This document shows, one piece after another, positions 10,145 through 20,514 of a stretch of DNA of 64,000 nucleotides. Every line of letters starts with the position of its first letter. The first letter of the stretch is position 1. Under the pieces are notes generated by a model. It was not told where the DNA came from and searched no databases. It saw only the letters and a program-made list of their open reading frames with translations. This DNA comes from a virus. Position numbers and translations under genes: made by a program. The stretch lies in the IMG/VR virus record IMGVR_UViG_3300008954_000007; one strand, written 5' to 3'.

Positions 10145-10366
10145 ATGGGGATGGAGATTATGAGTGAATCTGGTAGAGTGCAGAAGAGTTTTTGGTTAAC
10201 CCAAGTTAGTAATCAGTATCTTAAGAGTGCCTCTAAGAAACTAGGCATTTCTCAGACAGGTTTTATCAACATGATGTTGAGTAGACTTAAGGAAAAAGAA
10301 GATAACAATCAGCCAATTATCACTATTAGAGAAGAAGCAGATCTTCCAGATTTGGTGAGCAAATAA
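10145..10366 (+). CDS. putative ribbon-helix-helix regulator
   Basis: A7GGAGTC leader, upstream TTGACA..TATCAT promoter; beta-alpha-alpha pattern QKSFWLT...LKSASKKLGISQTGFINMML. Confidence 0.5.
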   Translation: MGMEIMSESGRVQKSFWLTQVSNQYLKSASKKLGISQTGFINMMLSRLKEKEDNNQPIITIREEADLPDLVSK

Positions 10367-10367
10367 G

Positions 10368-11261
10368 GTGTTAAACAATAAGTTAAGTGGGTTCTTTCAC
10401 CCTGACCAAAAGCTTGATGGATTCTTAGATAAAGAAGAAGTTAAGTTTGGTGGGTTTACTATTGAAGAGAGTAAAAAGTTTGTGGTTCATGAAAATTATA
10501 CATCAGAGCTTGCACCAGAATACACTGAGTGCTTAGATCCATTCATGAAGTATGAACCATGTTTGACATATAATCTAAAAAAAGACTCTGATGGCATTAA
10601 GGCAATTAATCAGTACACAGAAGAGAGATACCAACATGCCATCAGATTTGAGAAGTATGTATGGAAAGATCCTGAGAATCTGAAGTACAGGTGGATGATT
10701 AGCAGAATAGGAGAGATGGCTGTTGAAGAGGTAACTGGCAAGAGTGTATTAAATCTTAATCCAATGGTGGCTAGGTTCTCAGATCAAGAAGACTACAAAG
10801 AAATTGAGTGTGGTATTAAGTCTTTCTCATACAATGCCAGGTACTCTCACTTGCCATTGATTAATAACAAGACTAAAGAGCCAACTATACTTGTCTCTAT
10901 CCTGCATAAAGAAGATTCATACTTGTGTTATGTGGTTGGTTATGCTACTCTGGAAGTATTGCTGGAACCAGAAAACTTAACCACTTCCAATATTAATAAC
11001 AAAGAGATTCTTAAAAATAAGAAATCTTTCCATGCTTTTGATAAGTTGATTAGTCTTAACACACCTGAAAACTTAACCCTTCAGGATAAGATCAATAAAC
11101 AAGAAGAATTCAACAACATCAAAGCAGATTACTTCAAGATTATTAAGATACGTCAGGCTATCATTGAACAATATCAGAGGAGAATTGAAGATGAACAACC
11201 AAGACTTAATCACCATCCACAATCAAATTCAAACACAGAAGGACAAACTGCAACAGCTTAA
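10368..11261 (+). CDS. hypothetical protein, possibly PD-(D/E)XK-like
   Basis: GEMAV...D...GIKS pattern. Confidence 0.5.
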   Translation: MLNNKLSGFFHPDQKLDGFLDKEEVKFGGFTIEESKKFVVHENYTSELAPEYTECLDPFMKYEPCLTYNLKKDSDGIKAINQYTEERYQHAIRFEKYVWKDPENLKYRWMISRIGEMAVEEVTGKSVLNLNPMVARFSDQEDYKEIECGIKSFSYNARYSHLPLINNKTKEPTILVSILHKEDSYLCYVVGYATLEVLLEPENLTTSNINNKEILKNKKSFHAFDKLISLNTPENLTLQDKINKQEEFNNIKADYFKIIKIRQAIIEQYQRRIEDEQPRLNHHPQSNSNTEGQTATA

Positions 11262-11412
11262 AGGTGCTAAACAACAGTTGATCCAGGAAATCAAAAAAGA
11301 GTTTCCTGAATTTGATGAAAACAATATCCCTGAAGAGTTCAAAATCTCTACTCAGATTAAAAGCAACCTAAACCAGATCAATAGTAAGCTCAATACCTTT
11401 AAGAAAGCATGA
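11191..11412 (+). CDS. small coiled-coil protein
   Basis: GAGGAG RBS before MNNQDL; stop overlaps next ATG. Confidence 0.55.
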   Translation: MNNQDLITIHNQIQTQKDKLQQLKGAKQQLIQEIKKEFPEFDENNIPEEFKISTQIKSNLNQINSKLNTFKKA

Positions 11413-12023
11413 TTGTTGCACTATCAGGTAAGCTGTCTAGTGGTAAAACACTCAGCGCAAGCTTACTCTACAACATGTTTAAAGAGACTTCTTATAATCC
11501 TAAACTGAAGTCTGTTGCCAAACCTGTCTACGAAATTGTCTCTACCCTAACTAATAAGAATATTAGTTATATACAAGATAATAAGACACAGATGTCGCAA
11601 TATAGTAAAACCTATAGGGAACTCTTACAGCTTGTAGGGTTAAACTACAGAGAAGAACTATCTGAAGAAATATGGTTAGATATTCTATTCTCAGATAAAT
11701 ATAATTCTGATAATGATATCATTATAATAGATGACTTGAGGTTCCAAAATGAAGTAGATTACATCAAGAGAAAGGGTGAGTGTTTCTTAGTTAGATTGGA
11801 GAGATACTCAGATCCCATTAATACCAATCTTGTAGAACAGATCGTTAAGGAATATGAACATAAAAAAAACATAGTGCAACACTCCAGTGAAACACAGTTG
11901 GATAATTTTAATGGTTGGAGCACTGTGATAAGCAATAAAGATGATATAGAGACACTGATAAAAAAACTGGAAAAAGAGGTCTACCAACCTGTGATAGAAA
12001 AGATGAGCACAATAAAGGAATAA
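11409..12023 (+). CDS. deoxynucleoside monophosphate kinase
   Basis: P-loop SGKLSSGKT, YRELLQLVG, IIDDLRFQNE, HSSE motifs of phage dNMP kinases. Confidence 0.85.
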   Translation: MIVALSGKLSSGKTLSASLLYNMFKETSYNPKLKSVAKPVYEIVSTLTNKNISYIQDNKTQMSQYSKTYRELLQLVGLNYREELSEEIWLDILFSDKYNSDNDIIIIDDLRFQNEVDYIKRKGECFLVRLERYSDPINTNLVEQIVKEYEHKKNIVQHSSETQLDNFNGWSTVISNKDDIETLIKKLEKEVYQPVIEKMSTIKE

Positions 12024-12115
12024 AACTTTAACACTGTTTAATGTTATCTTGTATTATCTGTTTGAATAAGATACCAAATTCATAGTATAATAGCAGAAAA
12101 TAATGGGGTAATATT

Positions 12116-12334
12116 TTGGCTAGAAAACAGACTTTTAAGAACAATGAGGTTAAGGTGTGGAAACAGTTTCCACTCAGAATTGATAATAGGCAACACCAAT
12201 GGCTGAAGTCAATATCTGATGAAAAACAAATCTCAATTAACAAGATGATTAACGATGTTCTCAGTGAAGAGAGAGATCGCCAATTGTTTAACATCGAAGA
12301 ATCCATTCCACTTTCAGGAGATGCTAATGAGTGA
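12116..12334 (+). CDS. Arc-like ribbon-helix-helix protein
   Basis: QFPLRID...SINKMINDVL. Confidence 0.6.
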   Translation: MARKQTFKNNEVKVWKQFPLRIDNRQHQWLKSISDEKQISINKMINDVLSEERDRQLFNIEESIPLSGDANE

Positions 12335-12923
12335 AGAGAATCAAGAAGTAACTGAAGAAGAGGACGCACCTAAGAAAAGAGGTAGACCTGCCAAAACTCA
12401 AGAACAAAAAGACCAAGAAGAGTTTGAAGGATACCTACAACATGTATTTGATAATGAGGGTGGTCTGGCAGACGTAAAAGAGGATAGAGGTGGACTCACT
12501 AAGTATGGAGTCACTATCAAAACTCTTGGTAACTTCCTGGGTAGAGAAGCCACCAGAGATGAAGTAGTCGATATGACCCTAGAAACTGCTGCTGAAATCT
12601 ATCAGAATATGTACTGGAAACCCTCAAGAGCAGGTCAACTCCAAAAAGAACTTAGAATGACCTACTTTGATATGTGTATCAATCATGGTCAACGCAACGC
12701 TGTAACTATCCTACAGAAAGCTATCAATCGTAGAAATAAAGGTGGGATGCCCATCGTAGATGTTGATGGACTGATTGGTAAAAATACTATAAAATATGCG
12801 AAGAAGGTAGATGGTGACTCTCTCAGGGCAGAACGTATGCTTTTTTTCGCTAATTTAGTGATCAAAAAGCCCAGGCAAATGCGTTTCTGGTTAGGATGGT
12901 ATCGCAGATGCATTAGCACCTAA
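12327..12923 (+). CDS. glycoside hydrolase family 108 lysozyme (endolysin)
   Basis: EGG...DRGGLTKYGVT catalytic motif, FDMCINHG, VDGLIG, C-terminal F..GW.RR. Confidence 0.88.
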   Translation: MSEENQEVTEEEDAPKKRGRPAKTQEQKDQEEFEGYLQHVFDNEGGLADVKEDRGGLTKYGVTIKTLGNFLGREATRDEVVDMTLETAAEIYQNMYWKPSRAGQLQKELRMTYFDMCINHGQRNAVTILQKAINRRNKGGMPIVDVDGLIGKNTIKYAKKVDGDSLRAERMLFFANLVIKKPRQMRFWLGWYRRCIST

Positions 12924-12944
12924 AATCTAACCAAAATATGCCCT

Positions 12945-12976
12945 AAAAACCCTGCAGAATCCTGTGGGGTTTTTTT
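12945..12976 (+). terminator. intrinsic terminator after lysin
   Basis: AAAAACCCTGCAG/CTGTGGGGTTTTT stem and T run. Confidence 0.75.
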
Positions 12977-13809
12977 ATTGTCTAAAATCTGTCTGTTTGG
13001 GGGGTGAATTGACAGGATAATTATAAGGTTATGTAAGATGGTTAATTGACAGTGGATAATTATATAGAATTGGATGTAGAACTCATGGATATTAAAAAAA
13101 TAAAACGCTAAAAGCGTTTTATTTTTTTTTATCTCTTTCTCACCAAATCACAGTGAAATTATACCAACCTTGTCAAGGTAAAACAACCTTATTGCAGAAT
13201 TTTTCTTAAAATTGTCCAAAAAAGGGGCAAAAAGGGCTAAAATGTCGTCATATGGTAAATTCCAATATCTGCAGGTTTTAGACATCTAAATGAACATAAC
13301 AGAACAGAATGATCATATTTTGCTATGTTAAAGGCATTTTTGGTTCATAGTAGAACCTTAAAAGACAAAATTCACGAAAATATAGTCTAAAACCCTATTC
13401 AGAATGGTCACCAAATGAGAATTAGAGGGTCTAACCACTCTAGAACGCCAAAAAAGCCCTTACAGAGCCTCTGAGGGGTCTTAAACAGCGTTTCAGGGGT
13501 CACAGAACATATAAAAACAGAATATCACCATCAGACACCTGACTAGAATGCGATATTATGACCACCAGGTAGTATTATAGTGGGGAAAAGTGTCGCAAAA
13601 CTGTCAGGTGTCATCAGAATATCCTACCATTAGGTAGGATTATAGAACGTGTTAGAATTTTAACCCCCCAAAATCTAAAAAAGGGATATTTGCAGAATAC
13701 CAAAAATATCAGAAAATAGCCCTTGGTACTGTTCCAGGTCAATAATGGTGTGCGCCTCTTTGCTTAGTGATACAAAAGAGGGGAATTATCCCCCCTTTTG
13801 TAGTTTATT

Positions 13810-14202
13810 CTACAGAATCTCTTCTGAGATATCACCTTCAAGCAGATCATCAGATTCATCAAACAGGTCAAGTTGTTTTGCATCATCTGCAGAGTTACCA
13901 TTTCTAGCCAAACTTAGAAGTTCAATCAGCTTATTGTTCATTTCATCTAGTTTAGCCTCAATACCCTCACTCCAACTCTTGTTGTTCTCCCTGGTTTCCT
14001 TGATCCTTTCTACTTTTTTCTTCATGGCTTTATCCATTGATTCTACCAACTGTTTAGCAGATTCTTTAGGATCAACAAACAACCTATGACCTTTATCAGT
14101 GGTCAAACATTCAATCTTTCCTGCATCAGCATATCTGATTACACTGTTAGTGCTTTTGCCTGATATTTCAGCAACATCTGCTACAGTTCCAAACTCTCTC
14201 AT
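13810..14202 (-). CDS. MerR/excisionase-like HTH protein
   Basis: TVADVAEISGKSTNSVIRYADAGKI...T..GHRLF. Confidence 0.7.
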   Translation of the reverse strand: MREFGTVADVAEISGKSTNSVIRYADAGKIECLTTDKGHRLFVDPKESAKQLVESMDKAMKKKVERIKETRENNKSWSEGIEAKLDEMNNKLIELLSLARNGNSADDAKQLDLFDESDDLLEGDISEEIL

Positions 14203-14498
14203 CTTATATCTCCCCTTTTGTTAAACCAATCCAAAGCTTTAGTGGCTGAGTGATAAATGTGAGTTTCAGGATCTCTCCAACTGCACTCAATCCACTGTTG
14301 ATAATGATCTTCTTCAGAGTCTATTAAATATTCTAGTGACTCTTTCAAAGCTTTAACTCCTTCTTCATCAAACTTCTTAATTTCTTCAACTGTTGTTGGC
14401 ATATCTAATCTCTCCCACATATTTTTCTCATGTGTTAAATCACATTCCATACCATTAGGACATTCCCTATCTAATATGCAAGTTTCTAAACAGTTCAT
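14199..14498 (-). CDS. hypothetical protein
   Basis: coupled ORF in early block. Confidence 0.55.
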   Translation of the reverse strand: MNCLETCILDRECPNGMECDLTHEKNMWERLDMPTTVEEIKKFDEEGVKALKESLEYLIDSEEDHYQQWIECSWRDPETHIYHSATKALDWFNKRGDIR

Positions 14499-14500
14499 GT

Positions 14501-14749
14501 TTATCCCACATATAAAGCACCATGTTTTAGTGCCAACTCTATGTGAGTATTCTCTAACATATCTTCAGTAGATTTAAAGTTTTCTTCTGAGTCATCCATC
14601 ATGTGATAGATCTCCCACTCATCATCATTTGAGTCATACCAAATGATTTTGCTGGACACTCCACCAAACTTACCAAGAGAAATAGAACACTCCACTGATT
14701 CTCCATCAGCTAGTTTTTTTAGTTCATTTAAACTTTTAATCCTATTCAT
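14501..14749 (-). CDS. hypothetical protein
   Basis: coupled ORF in early block. Confidence 0.55.
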   Translation of the reverse strand: MNRIKSLNELKKLADGESVECSISLGKFGGVSSKIIWYDSNDDEWEIYHMMDDSEENFKSTEDMLENTHIELALKHGALYVG

Positions 14750-14951
14750 CCTCTACTCCATCATCGCTGAACCACTCTTTAACATCTGTTATGTTTGACA
14801 TAACATACCTACAACAAAACCACATAATATCTTGACAATCCCACTCTTCTGGAAAAACATCACCATGTTCTTCCAGAAGGGTATCAAGATCATCTCCAGC
14901 TAATTTGATACTCCCCAATTTAATGTATGGAAGTTTCATTGTTTTGTCCAC
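14742..14951 (-). CDS. hypothetical acidic protein
   Basis: coupled ORF in early block. Confidence 0.5.
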   Translation of the reverse strand: MDKTMKLPYIKLGSIKLAGDDLDTLLEEHGDVFPEEWDCQDIMWFCCRYVMSNITDVKEWFSDDGVEDE

Positions 14952-15078
14952 TCCAATACTTTGATTAAAAGCTCTCTTGCCTTTTCAGGGTTGATTAACC
15001 AATACATATCAATAAAGAAACCAAACAGGAAAGCACTGACAGTTGCAGATGCAACTATCAGTGTGTTAATGATTAACC

Positions 15079-15954
15079 TCATGCTACTTTCTCCATTTTG
15101 TTTTTCTTCTGCAGATCATCACAGAAGTTAACAGCCTTTTGTGCATAGCTGGAAGCTGAAAAGATTAGTTTCTTATCTTGGGCTAAACGTTCTAACCATA
15201 CCTTGAGATAAACTACATTTTCTTCTCTTGGTGTAGTTTGGATGTTGAAGTCTATTCCCATGAAAATACTTCCCAATTCAGCAACCAGTTCTTCAAAGGC
15301 ATAAGTAGTTTCAGCACCCATGCGCTTCTCAAACTTTTTGTTCAGCCTGTTACAACGTTTTTCAGCACTAGTCCAGTGAACTACTTCATGAGAGAGGACA
15401 TTGTAATAGCGTTCAGTGCTAACAAATTGGTCTAAATCAGGCATACCCACATAATCTTGAGAGGGCATGTAGTATGCTTGATCTTTGCCATGACGTATGT
15501 CTGCACCAGTGTTAGCAAAGTATTGGTCAATATGAGATATGGATTCATTATCCAGACCTTTAGTTTCTGGTGGAGTCCAATCACCTTCAACTTGGTCAAA
15601 GTTAAAGATAGAGTATTGTTTCACCATTGGGAAAAACTGTTGATGACCTTTGTCATCCAAGACAGGCTTTCCACCTTCCTTTTTAGGAATGTAATTGAAA
15701 AATATAATTGGTGTACCAGTGGAACCTTTATTCACTTGGCAGTCTAGAGATTTCCATTGCTTGTACGTTCCCCAAAAATTGCTCTCAAAATCATTAAATA
15801 GCAACATCAGGGAGTTAACCCCACGATAGGATTTTCCTGTTGTAGCATTCCTGTTACCCACTACATTCCAAGGCTTAGTCCAATCAGAACCTGCTGTTTC
15901 CAGCAGGTTGATTACGTTGTTGGTTGCTATGTCATATACTGATAGTTCACTCAT
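15079..15954 (-). CDS. ardC: ArdC-family antirestriction / ssDNA-binding protein
   Basis: W.KPW, NATTGKSYRGVN, WGTYKQW, zincin HEVVH, YAFEELVAELG motifs. Confidence 0.9.
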   Translation of the reverse strand: MSELSVYDIATNNVINLLETAGSDWTKPWNVVGNRNATTGKSYRGVNSLMLLFNDFESNFWGTYKQWKSLDCQVNKGSTGTPIIFFNYIPKKEGGKPVLDDKGHQQFFPMVKQYSIFNFDQVEGDWTPPETKGLDNESISHIDQYFANTGADIRHGKDQAYYMPSQDYVGMPDLDQFVSTERYYNVLSHEVVHWTSAEKRCNRLNKKFEKRMGAETTYAFEELVAELGSIFMGIDFNIQTTPREENVVYLKVWLERLAQDKKLIFSASSYAQKAVNFCDDLQKKNKMEKVA

Positions 15955-16011
15955 GTTTTTCTCCTGTTTGTTATAGTGGTATTATACCATACTTATAGGG
16001 TATGTGCAACC

Positions 16012-16770
16012 CTAAAGGAAAGAATTGAAGCCACCACCTGCATTATCAGTTTTGGCAAACAGTTCCTTTTGGTCTTCTTCTTTTGGATTATCCTTAACTT
16101 CTACCAAAGTAGTTAATGCTATGCGTTGCAGTTCTTCCAACATGCGTTGTTGAGTTTTATGCATAGCTATCATCTGTTCCATCATCTGACCATGATTATG
16201 GTGAGCTATAGTAGACAAATGATTAATAGTTAAAGTTAAGGATTCTTCAAGACCATTAGAGATAGCATCTGCTAAAGATGATTCATCAATAGTAGCTTCT
16301 ATATCAGCATGGGAAATGTCAACCTCAATACTACTGGAATCTAGTTCTGGTTGTAGGTCTATATCTTGAATAGCTCCTTCAACACTTTGGACAGATTCAT
16401 TAATGCTTGCTAGTTCAGTCTTGACATCTCTAATCTCAAATTCAAGACTTTGTAATCCTCTAGAACCATTCTTCTCAGCAGACTCTTTACTCTTCTCTAC
16501 CAACAGATTGGTATCAGAAGTATTAACGTTAATAGAATTTAGCTTCTCAGTAACTTGTCTGCACATAACAGCAATTTGATCTACACTACTTAGAACCATT
16601 GTTTGATTCTTAGAAACTTGATCTTTTAGATTGTCCTCAATACCTTCAAGATGAACAATCATTTTGGCAGATTGATTGTAAGTAGGACTAGTCACTAAAG
16701 ATTCTAAAGAATCTCCAATACCTAATAAGGTTGATCTTAACTCTTCTACTGTCTTGGTTGAATCACTCAT
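16012..16770 (-). CDS. coiled-coil protein
   Basis: 252-aa ORF with AGGAG RBS and own promoter. Confidence 0.7.
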   Translation of the reverse strand: MSDSTKTVEELRSTLLGIGDSLESLVTSPTYNQSAKMIVHLEGIEDNLKDQVSKNQTMVLSSVDQIAVMCRQVTEKLNSINVNTSDTNLLVEKSKESAEKNGSRGLQSLEFEIRDVKTELASINESVQSVEGAIQDIDLQPELDSSSIEVDISHADIEATIDESSLADAISNGLEESLTLTINHLSTIAHHNHGQMMEQMIAMHKTQQRMLEELQRIALTTLVEVKDNPKEEDQKELFAKTDNAGGGFNSFL

Positions 16771-16850
16771 TGTTAAATCTCCTGATTGGTTAAGGGTTAA
16801 TGAACTTGAAACTATTGGAATTATACCATAATACTATAACAATGACAAGG

Positions 16851-17069
16851 TTAATTTCCCTTACCATAGGTAGAACCTAAATCCTCTATTGTTAGAATAT
16901 TATCAACGTTACTATGTATTTCTTCACCATTCATTTGGTGAGCATAAAATGAACCATCATCATAGATTGCATTAACAAAGTATTTCCCTGATTCATTTAC
17001 TACAGTTACCCAATGTCCTAATTTTAATGCAAAACTATAGCTTACTACTTTTCTAGGTTTGGTACTCAT
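16851..17069 (-). CDS. small beta-barrel-like protein, paralog of 20205-20468
   Basis: L.LG.WV.V..E.G.Y.VN.I.DDG.FYA...GEEI shared. Confidence 0.6.
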   Translation of the reverse strand: MSTKPRKVVSYSFALKLGHWVTVVNESGKYFVNAIYDDGSFYAHQMNGEEIHSNVDNILTIEDLGSTYGKGN

Positions 17070-17260
17070 AGAATGTCTTTCACCTCAAACTCAGTACCAT
17101 AGTAATCCCAATCAATTTGTTGTACACCATCAGAACTTACTCCATATTCATTAGCTATCTTCTCTACCATTTCTTGAGCTTCCCTGGGGCTAGAGGCTTC
17201 AACCTCTAGCTCCCCATGAAATTTCTCTTCCATATGGCAATGGACTGTATATTTAGGCAT
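17066..17260 (-). CDS. hypothetical protein
   Basis: AGGAG RBS, MPKYTV; EVEASSPREA motif. Confidence 0.6.
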   Translation of the reverse strand: MPKYTVHCHMEEKFHGELEVEASSPREAQEMVEKIANEYGVSSDGVQQIDWDYYGTEFEVKDIL

Positions 17261-17474
17261 CTCTAATACTCCTGTCAATCTTATCTAAAACTAACATGGT
17301 TATGACCTCACCCATTCTGCTATCAGGTTGGTCTTCTTCAAAGGTTCCACATAGAGCACAGATAGTTCTATCTGTTTTCTTGTGGATGTAGTTGTGTTCA
17401 CACTCACAATCCCAATAGTCATCAGTGGTTTGAAATGTAAGGTTGTCACTAGTAATCACGTCAATGCTTGGCAT
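17253..17474 (-). CDS. small Cys-rich protein
   Basis: WDCEC...CALC; own promoter cassette. Confidence 0.6.
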   Translation of the reverse strand: MPSIDVITSDNLTFQTTDDYWDCECEHNYIHKKTDRTICALCGTFEEDQPDSRMGEVITMLVLDKIDRSIRDA

Positions 17475-17667
17475 GTCTAACTCCTAAATGATAGAGGAAT
17501 TATATCATAATGATAGTGTGTTGTCAACCCCTAAAATCAAAAAAGTGCTATTTATTTTAAGGTGTCTCTAGGCACAAAAAAGGCTCTAGGTCTTATCCTA
17601 GAGCCTAATGTGGCAGCACACTTTGCTTGGGGTATGTCAAGCAAAATGTGTATGCACTAGCCTGGGG

Positions 17668-18471
17668 CTAGTGTTCAAGAAATATGACGTTCTTTTTAGT
17701 GGTATAACATAGCCCACAGGATGCACAATTTTTGGCTTTTTTGGGTTGATATTCCCCCATCCAAAATCTCTTGGATTTTTTGGTTTGTTGTGGGCAAATA
17801 AAGGCTTGATTATTTTTTATTTGATCTTCTGCTGAGTGGTGACTGATTCCAATAGCTGTCATTTCTTCAGCGTTAGAACCTGATTGACGTATCCAAAATC
17901 TATCAGAATATTTTTCTCTGAGTTCAATTATAGCTTGACCTATTTCTGCGTATTCTTTAGTTGTAGATGTGGGTAGATATGCAGTATAACCAAATACATT
18001 TATAGGGAATTGATCCAATGCCTTAGCCCATTGTTCAACATATTCTAAGCTGTAAAAATCACCTAGAACATGGGGGCGCACTACAAAAGGGCGCATCCTA
18101 TTTTCTACTGTTAAAGTTTGGAGTTCCCACATCATAGACTCCAGAAGTTCTGCCCCATGTTCTATCCTGTGAGCAAAACCCATTCCATTACCATAACACT
18201 TGCGCCACATTAAACAATCAGTTGGACAGGTTTCTCTTTCTGTTAATGTGGTACTATAGAATTTTTGACCAATCCATTTTCTAGCAGTTATTATGCTTTG
18301 TTTTTCCTTTTTGTTTAGTTTCTTATACTTTCCAGTGTAGTCAGTACAGCCACCTAATTTGGTATTATCTCCTGCAGGTCTAAATATTCTGACATCACCT
18401 GGATTTCTAATGGTGCTTGGATGTATGGTCAATCCTTCAATTACGTTGGGGTTGGTTGCTGTTAGTTGCAT
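17668..18471 (-). CDS. GP88-like Cys-rich phage protein
   Basis: TCP..C....CY, RPHVLGDF, CPQQ...CASCGLC. Confidence 0.7.
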   Translation of the reverse strand: MQLTATNPNVIEGLTIHPSTIRNPGDVRIFRPAGDNTKLGGCTDYTGKYKKLNKKEKQSIITARKWIGQKFYSTTLTERETCPTDCLMWRKCYGNGMGFAHRIEHGAELLESMMWELQTLTVENRMRPFVVRPHVLGDFYSLEYVEQWAKALDQFPINVFGYTAYLPTSTTKEYAEIGQAIIELREKYSDRFWIRQSGSNAEEMTAIGISHHSAEDQIKNNQAFICPQQTKKSKRFWMGEYQPKKAKNCASCGLCYTTKKNVIFLEH

Positions 18472-18801
18472 GTTTTCTTTCCTTTGTTTGATAGCACAAT
18501 TATACCATTATACTATAAGCATGTCAAGAAAAAAGACCCCCTAAAATGCATTAATAGCAAATTAATTTGGGGTGTCTTTATTGGCGCAAACCCATTGCCT
18601 ACCTTACTAGGTAGGCAATACCCTGCGCCACCCTGCTAGGTGTATATACGCATAAAAAATGCCTGTCCTGGTCGTCATCAGGACAGGCATCATACACGAA
18701 GACAATGTCCAGCTAGTGAAAACATGTTGGGGTGTAACAAGCCCCAATTTCCCCCCCAATACTAGCTGGACTATCAAACAGGATGAGGGGGGGAAAAATC
18801 G

Positions 18802-19107
18802 TTATACTAGCTCACCACTAACAAATCTCACAGAATGAGAATATGCGTCTTTAAATTTCCCAAAACTTTTAACTATTCCTTTCTTATAGTGTGGGTTCTT
18901 ATCAGAAGGTTGACACACTGTTAAAAAGCATCCTGGGTGAATTTTATATATGGTGAACCAGTTAGAAATCTTAGAAATTACATTTCTATAGCATGGGTTT
19001 TCAGTTGTGCTTGTACCATCAAAACCCTCTTTATAAGTGGGTTGAGAACCAGAAGCAATAATCTCTATATCATCAGAAATTCCTAGAGTGGCTAGTGTAG
19101 CTAACAT
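18802..19107 (-). CDS. hypothetical protein
   Basis: GAGGTG RBS before MLATLA. Confidence 0.5.
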   Translation of the reverse strand: MLATLATLGISDDIEIIASGSQPTYKEGFDGTSTTENPCYRNVISKISNWFTIYKIHPGCFLTVCQPSDKNPHYKKGIVKSFGKFKDAYSHSVRFVSGELV

Positions 19108-19109
19108 TA

Positions 19110-19331
19110 TTACATACACCTCAAAGTACAGTAGTTTAGTTGAATTAAATGTTTGGCATTTTGGGGAAATGGTTGTTTCATTAACCAAACAATACCATCA
19201 TCTATTAGGTATTGGAAGGCAGAAATATATTCTGCCTCTGTTATTTCATTAGAATCAACACCATCAAATACTAATTCATCAACCCCATCTACATAGTATT
19301 CTATAGTCTTAACAGCTTCTAAAATTGTCAT
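19110..19331 (-). CDS. hypothetical protein
   Basis: FQYLID.G.VW motif; coupled ORF. Confidence 0.55.
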   Translation of the reverse strand: MTILEAVKTIEYYVDGVDELVFDGVDSNEITEAEYISAFQYLIDDGIVWLMKQPFPQNAKHLIQLNYCTLRCM

Positions 19332-19642
19332 TATAGCATCTCCCCACTACTGTAATCTTCATCAGTACCCCAACCAGCAGAGGCTAGAGCATCACCATCT
19401 TCCATGTAGTTGTCTGGTGAGTAATTAGATTCTAAATGGTCATCTTGTTGTTCATCTCTCCACACTACCAACTTATGTCTAATCTTAGCTAGAACTAACT
19501 CTACCATGTACTCTTCTAATGGTTCATCCTCATAGGCTATATTGTTAAAACCTCTGATTATATCAGTACATATATCTGCAGTGCGTTTGGCCCAATCTTC
19601 AATCTTAGGTGTTTCCAAAATTCTTGCTGATTTGTGCATCAT
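19331..19642 (-). CDS. hypothetical protein
   Basis: AGGAG RBS; C-terminal DGDALASAGWGTDEDY. Confidence 0.6.
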   Translation of the reverse strand: MMHKSARILETPKIEDWAKRTADICTDIIRGFNNIAYEDEPLEEYMVELVLAKIRHKLVVWRDEQQDDHLESNYSPDNYMEDGDALASAGWGTDEDYSSGEML

Positions 19643-19651
19643 AACTAACTC

Positions 19652-19909
19652 CTATTCAGATCTATGGATTCTAGGTAATTCATGTTCACTTACTGTATTT
19701 TCAGGGTATCTCTCTGGAAATAGGTCTTGGTGAAACCCTAAAATGCTTTCTTTAGATAGGCTCAATACACCATCACATCCATTCACTAGAATGTCTATGA
19801 TCTCTCTATCTCCTAGAGTATCATACTCTCTCTCAGCTATCTCTACACACATAGATTCTAATCTAATTCTTTCAGCAGAATTAGGTGCAAGGTTGTCTAA
19901 TATACTCAT
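19652..19909 (-). CDS. hypothetical protein
   Basis: start set by promoter/RBS cassette (MSILDN). Confidence 0.6.
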   Translation of the reverse strand: MSILDNLAPNSAERIRLESMCVEIAEREYDTLGDREIIDILVNGCDGVLSLSKESILGFHQDLFPERYPENTVSEHELPRIHRSE

Positions 19910-20204
19910 GTCATTTCCTCTGTTTGATGATAGAGGAATTATATCACATTGATAGTAGGATGTCAACCCCTTTTTTCAAAAAAGTGGGTATTTTTTAGGG
20001 GTGTCTTTGGTCTGGAGTTATCCACCTGGTATGCTCCAGGTGGACAATGCGTCGGCAGACTTTGCTAGGGGTCAGATCCCTCAAACCCTGTGGTAGCAAG
20101 GGTTTGACCCCTAGCATGGTCTGCCAAGTGGGGCATGGGTGACATAAATCGTGCCAACCATATTGTCAACAAGGGTGTAAACACACCCTTGTTGACAAGT
20201 GCGT

Positions 20205-20468
20205 TTACACGCTTTGTGGTATTGGGTTCCTTGGTCTTGTTCTAGCTTTAGCATAGATATCATATACAGTGGTATTGATTTCCTCACCATCTACACTGTC
20301 AGCATAAAAGAAACCATCATCTAGGATTTTGTTTACCCTATAGTGTCCACGTTCACCATTAACCAATACCCAATCACCTAATCTTAAGCTGGTTTTATAG
20401 TTAGTTTTGTCTACATACCTGTAAACACTGCAGGGTCTTGGTTTGGTAGATTCAAAAAGTGATTGCAT
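20205..20468 (-). CDS. small beta-barrel-like protein, paralog of 16851-17069
   Basis: RBS before MQSLFE; shared motif. Confidence 0.6.
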   Translation of the reverse strand: MQSLFESTKPRPCSVYRYVDKTNYKTSLRLGDWVLVNGERGHYRVNKILDDGFFYADSVDGEEINTTVYDIYAKARTRPRNPIPQSV

Positions 20469-20514
20469 GTTTTTATCCTGTAGTTGTGGGGGGCAATTGC
20501 CCCCCATGTTGGGG

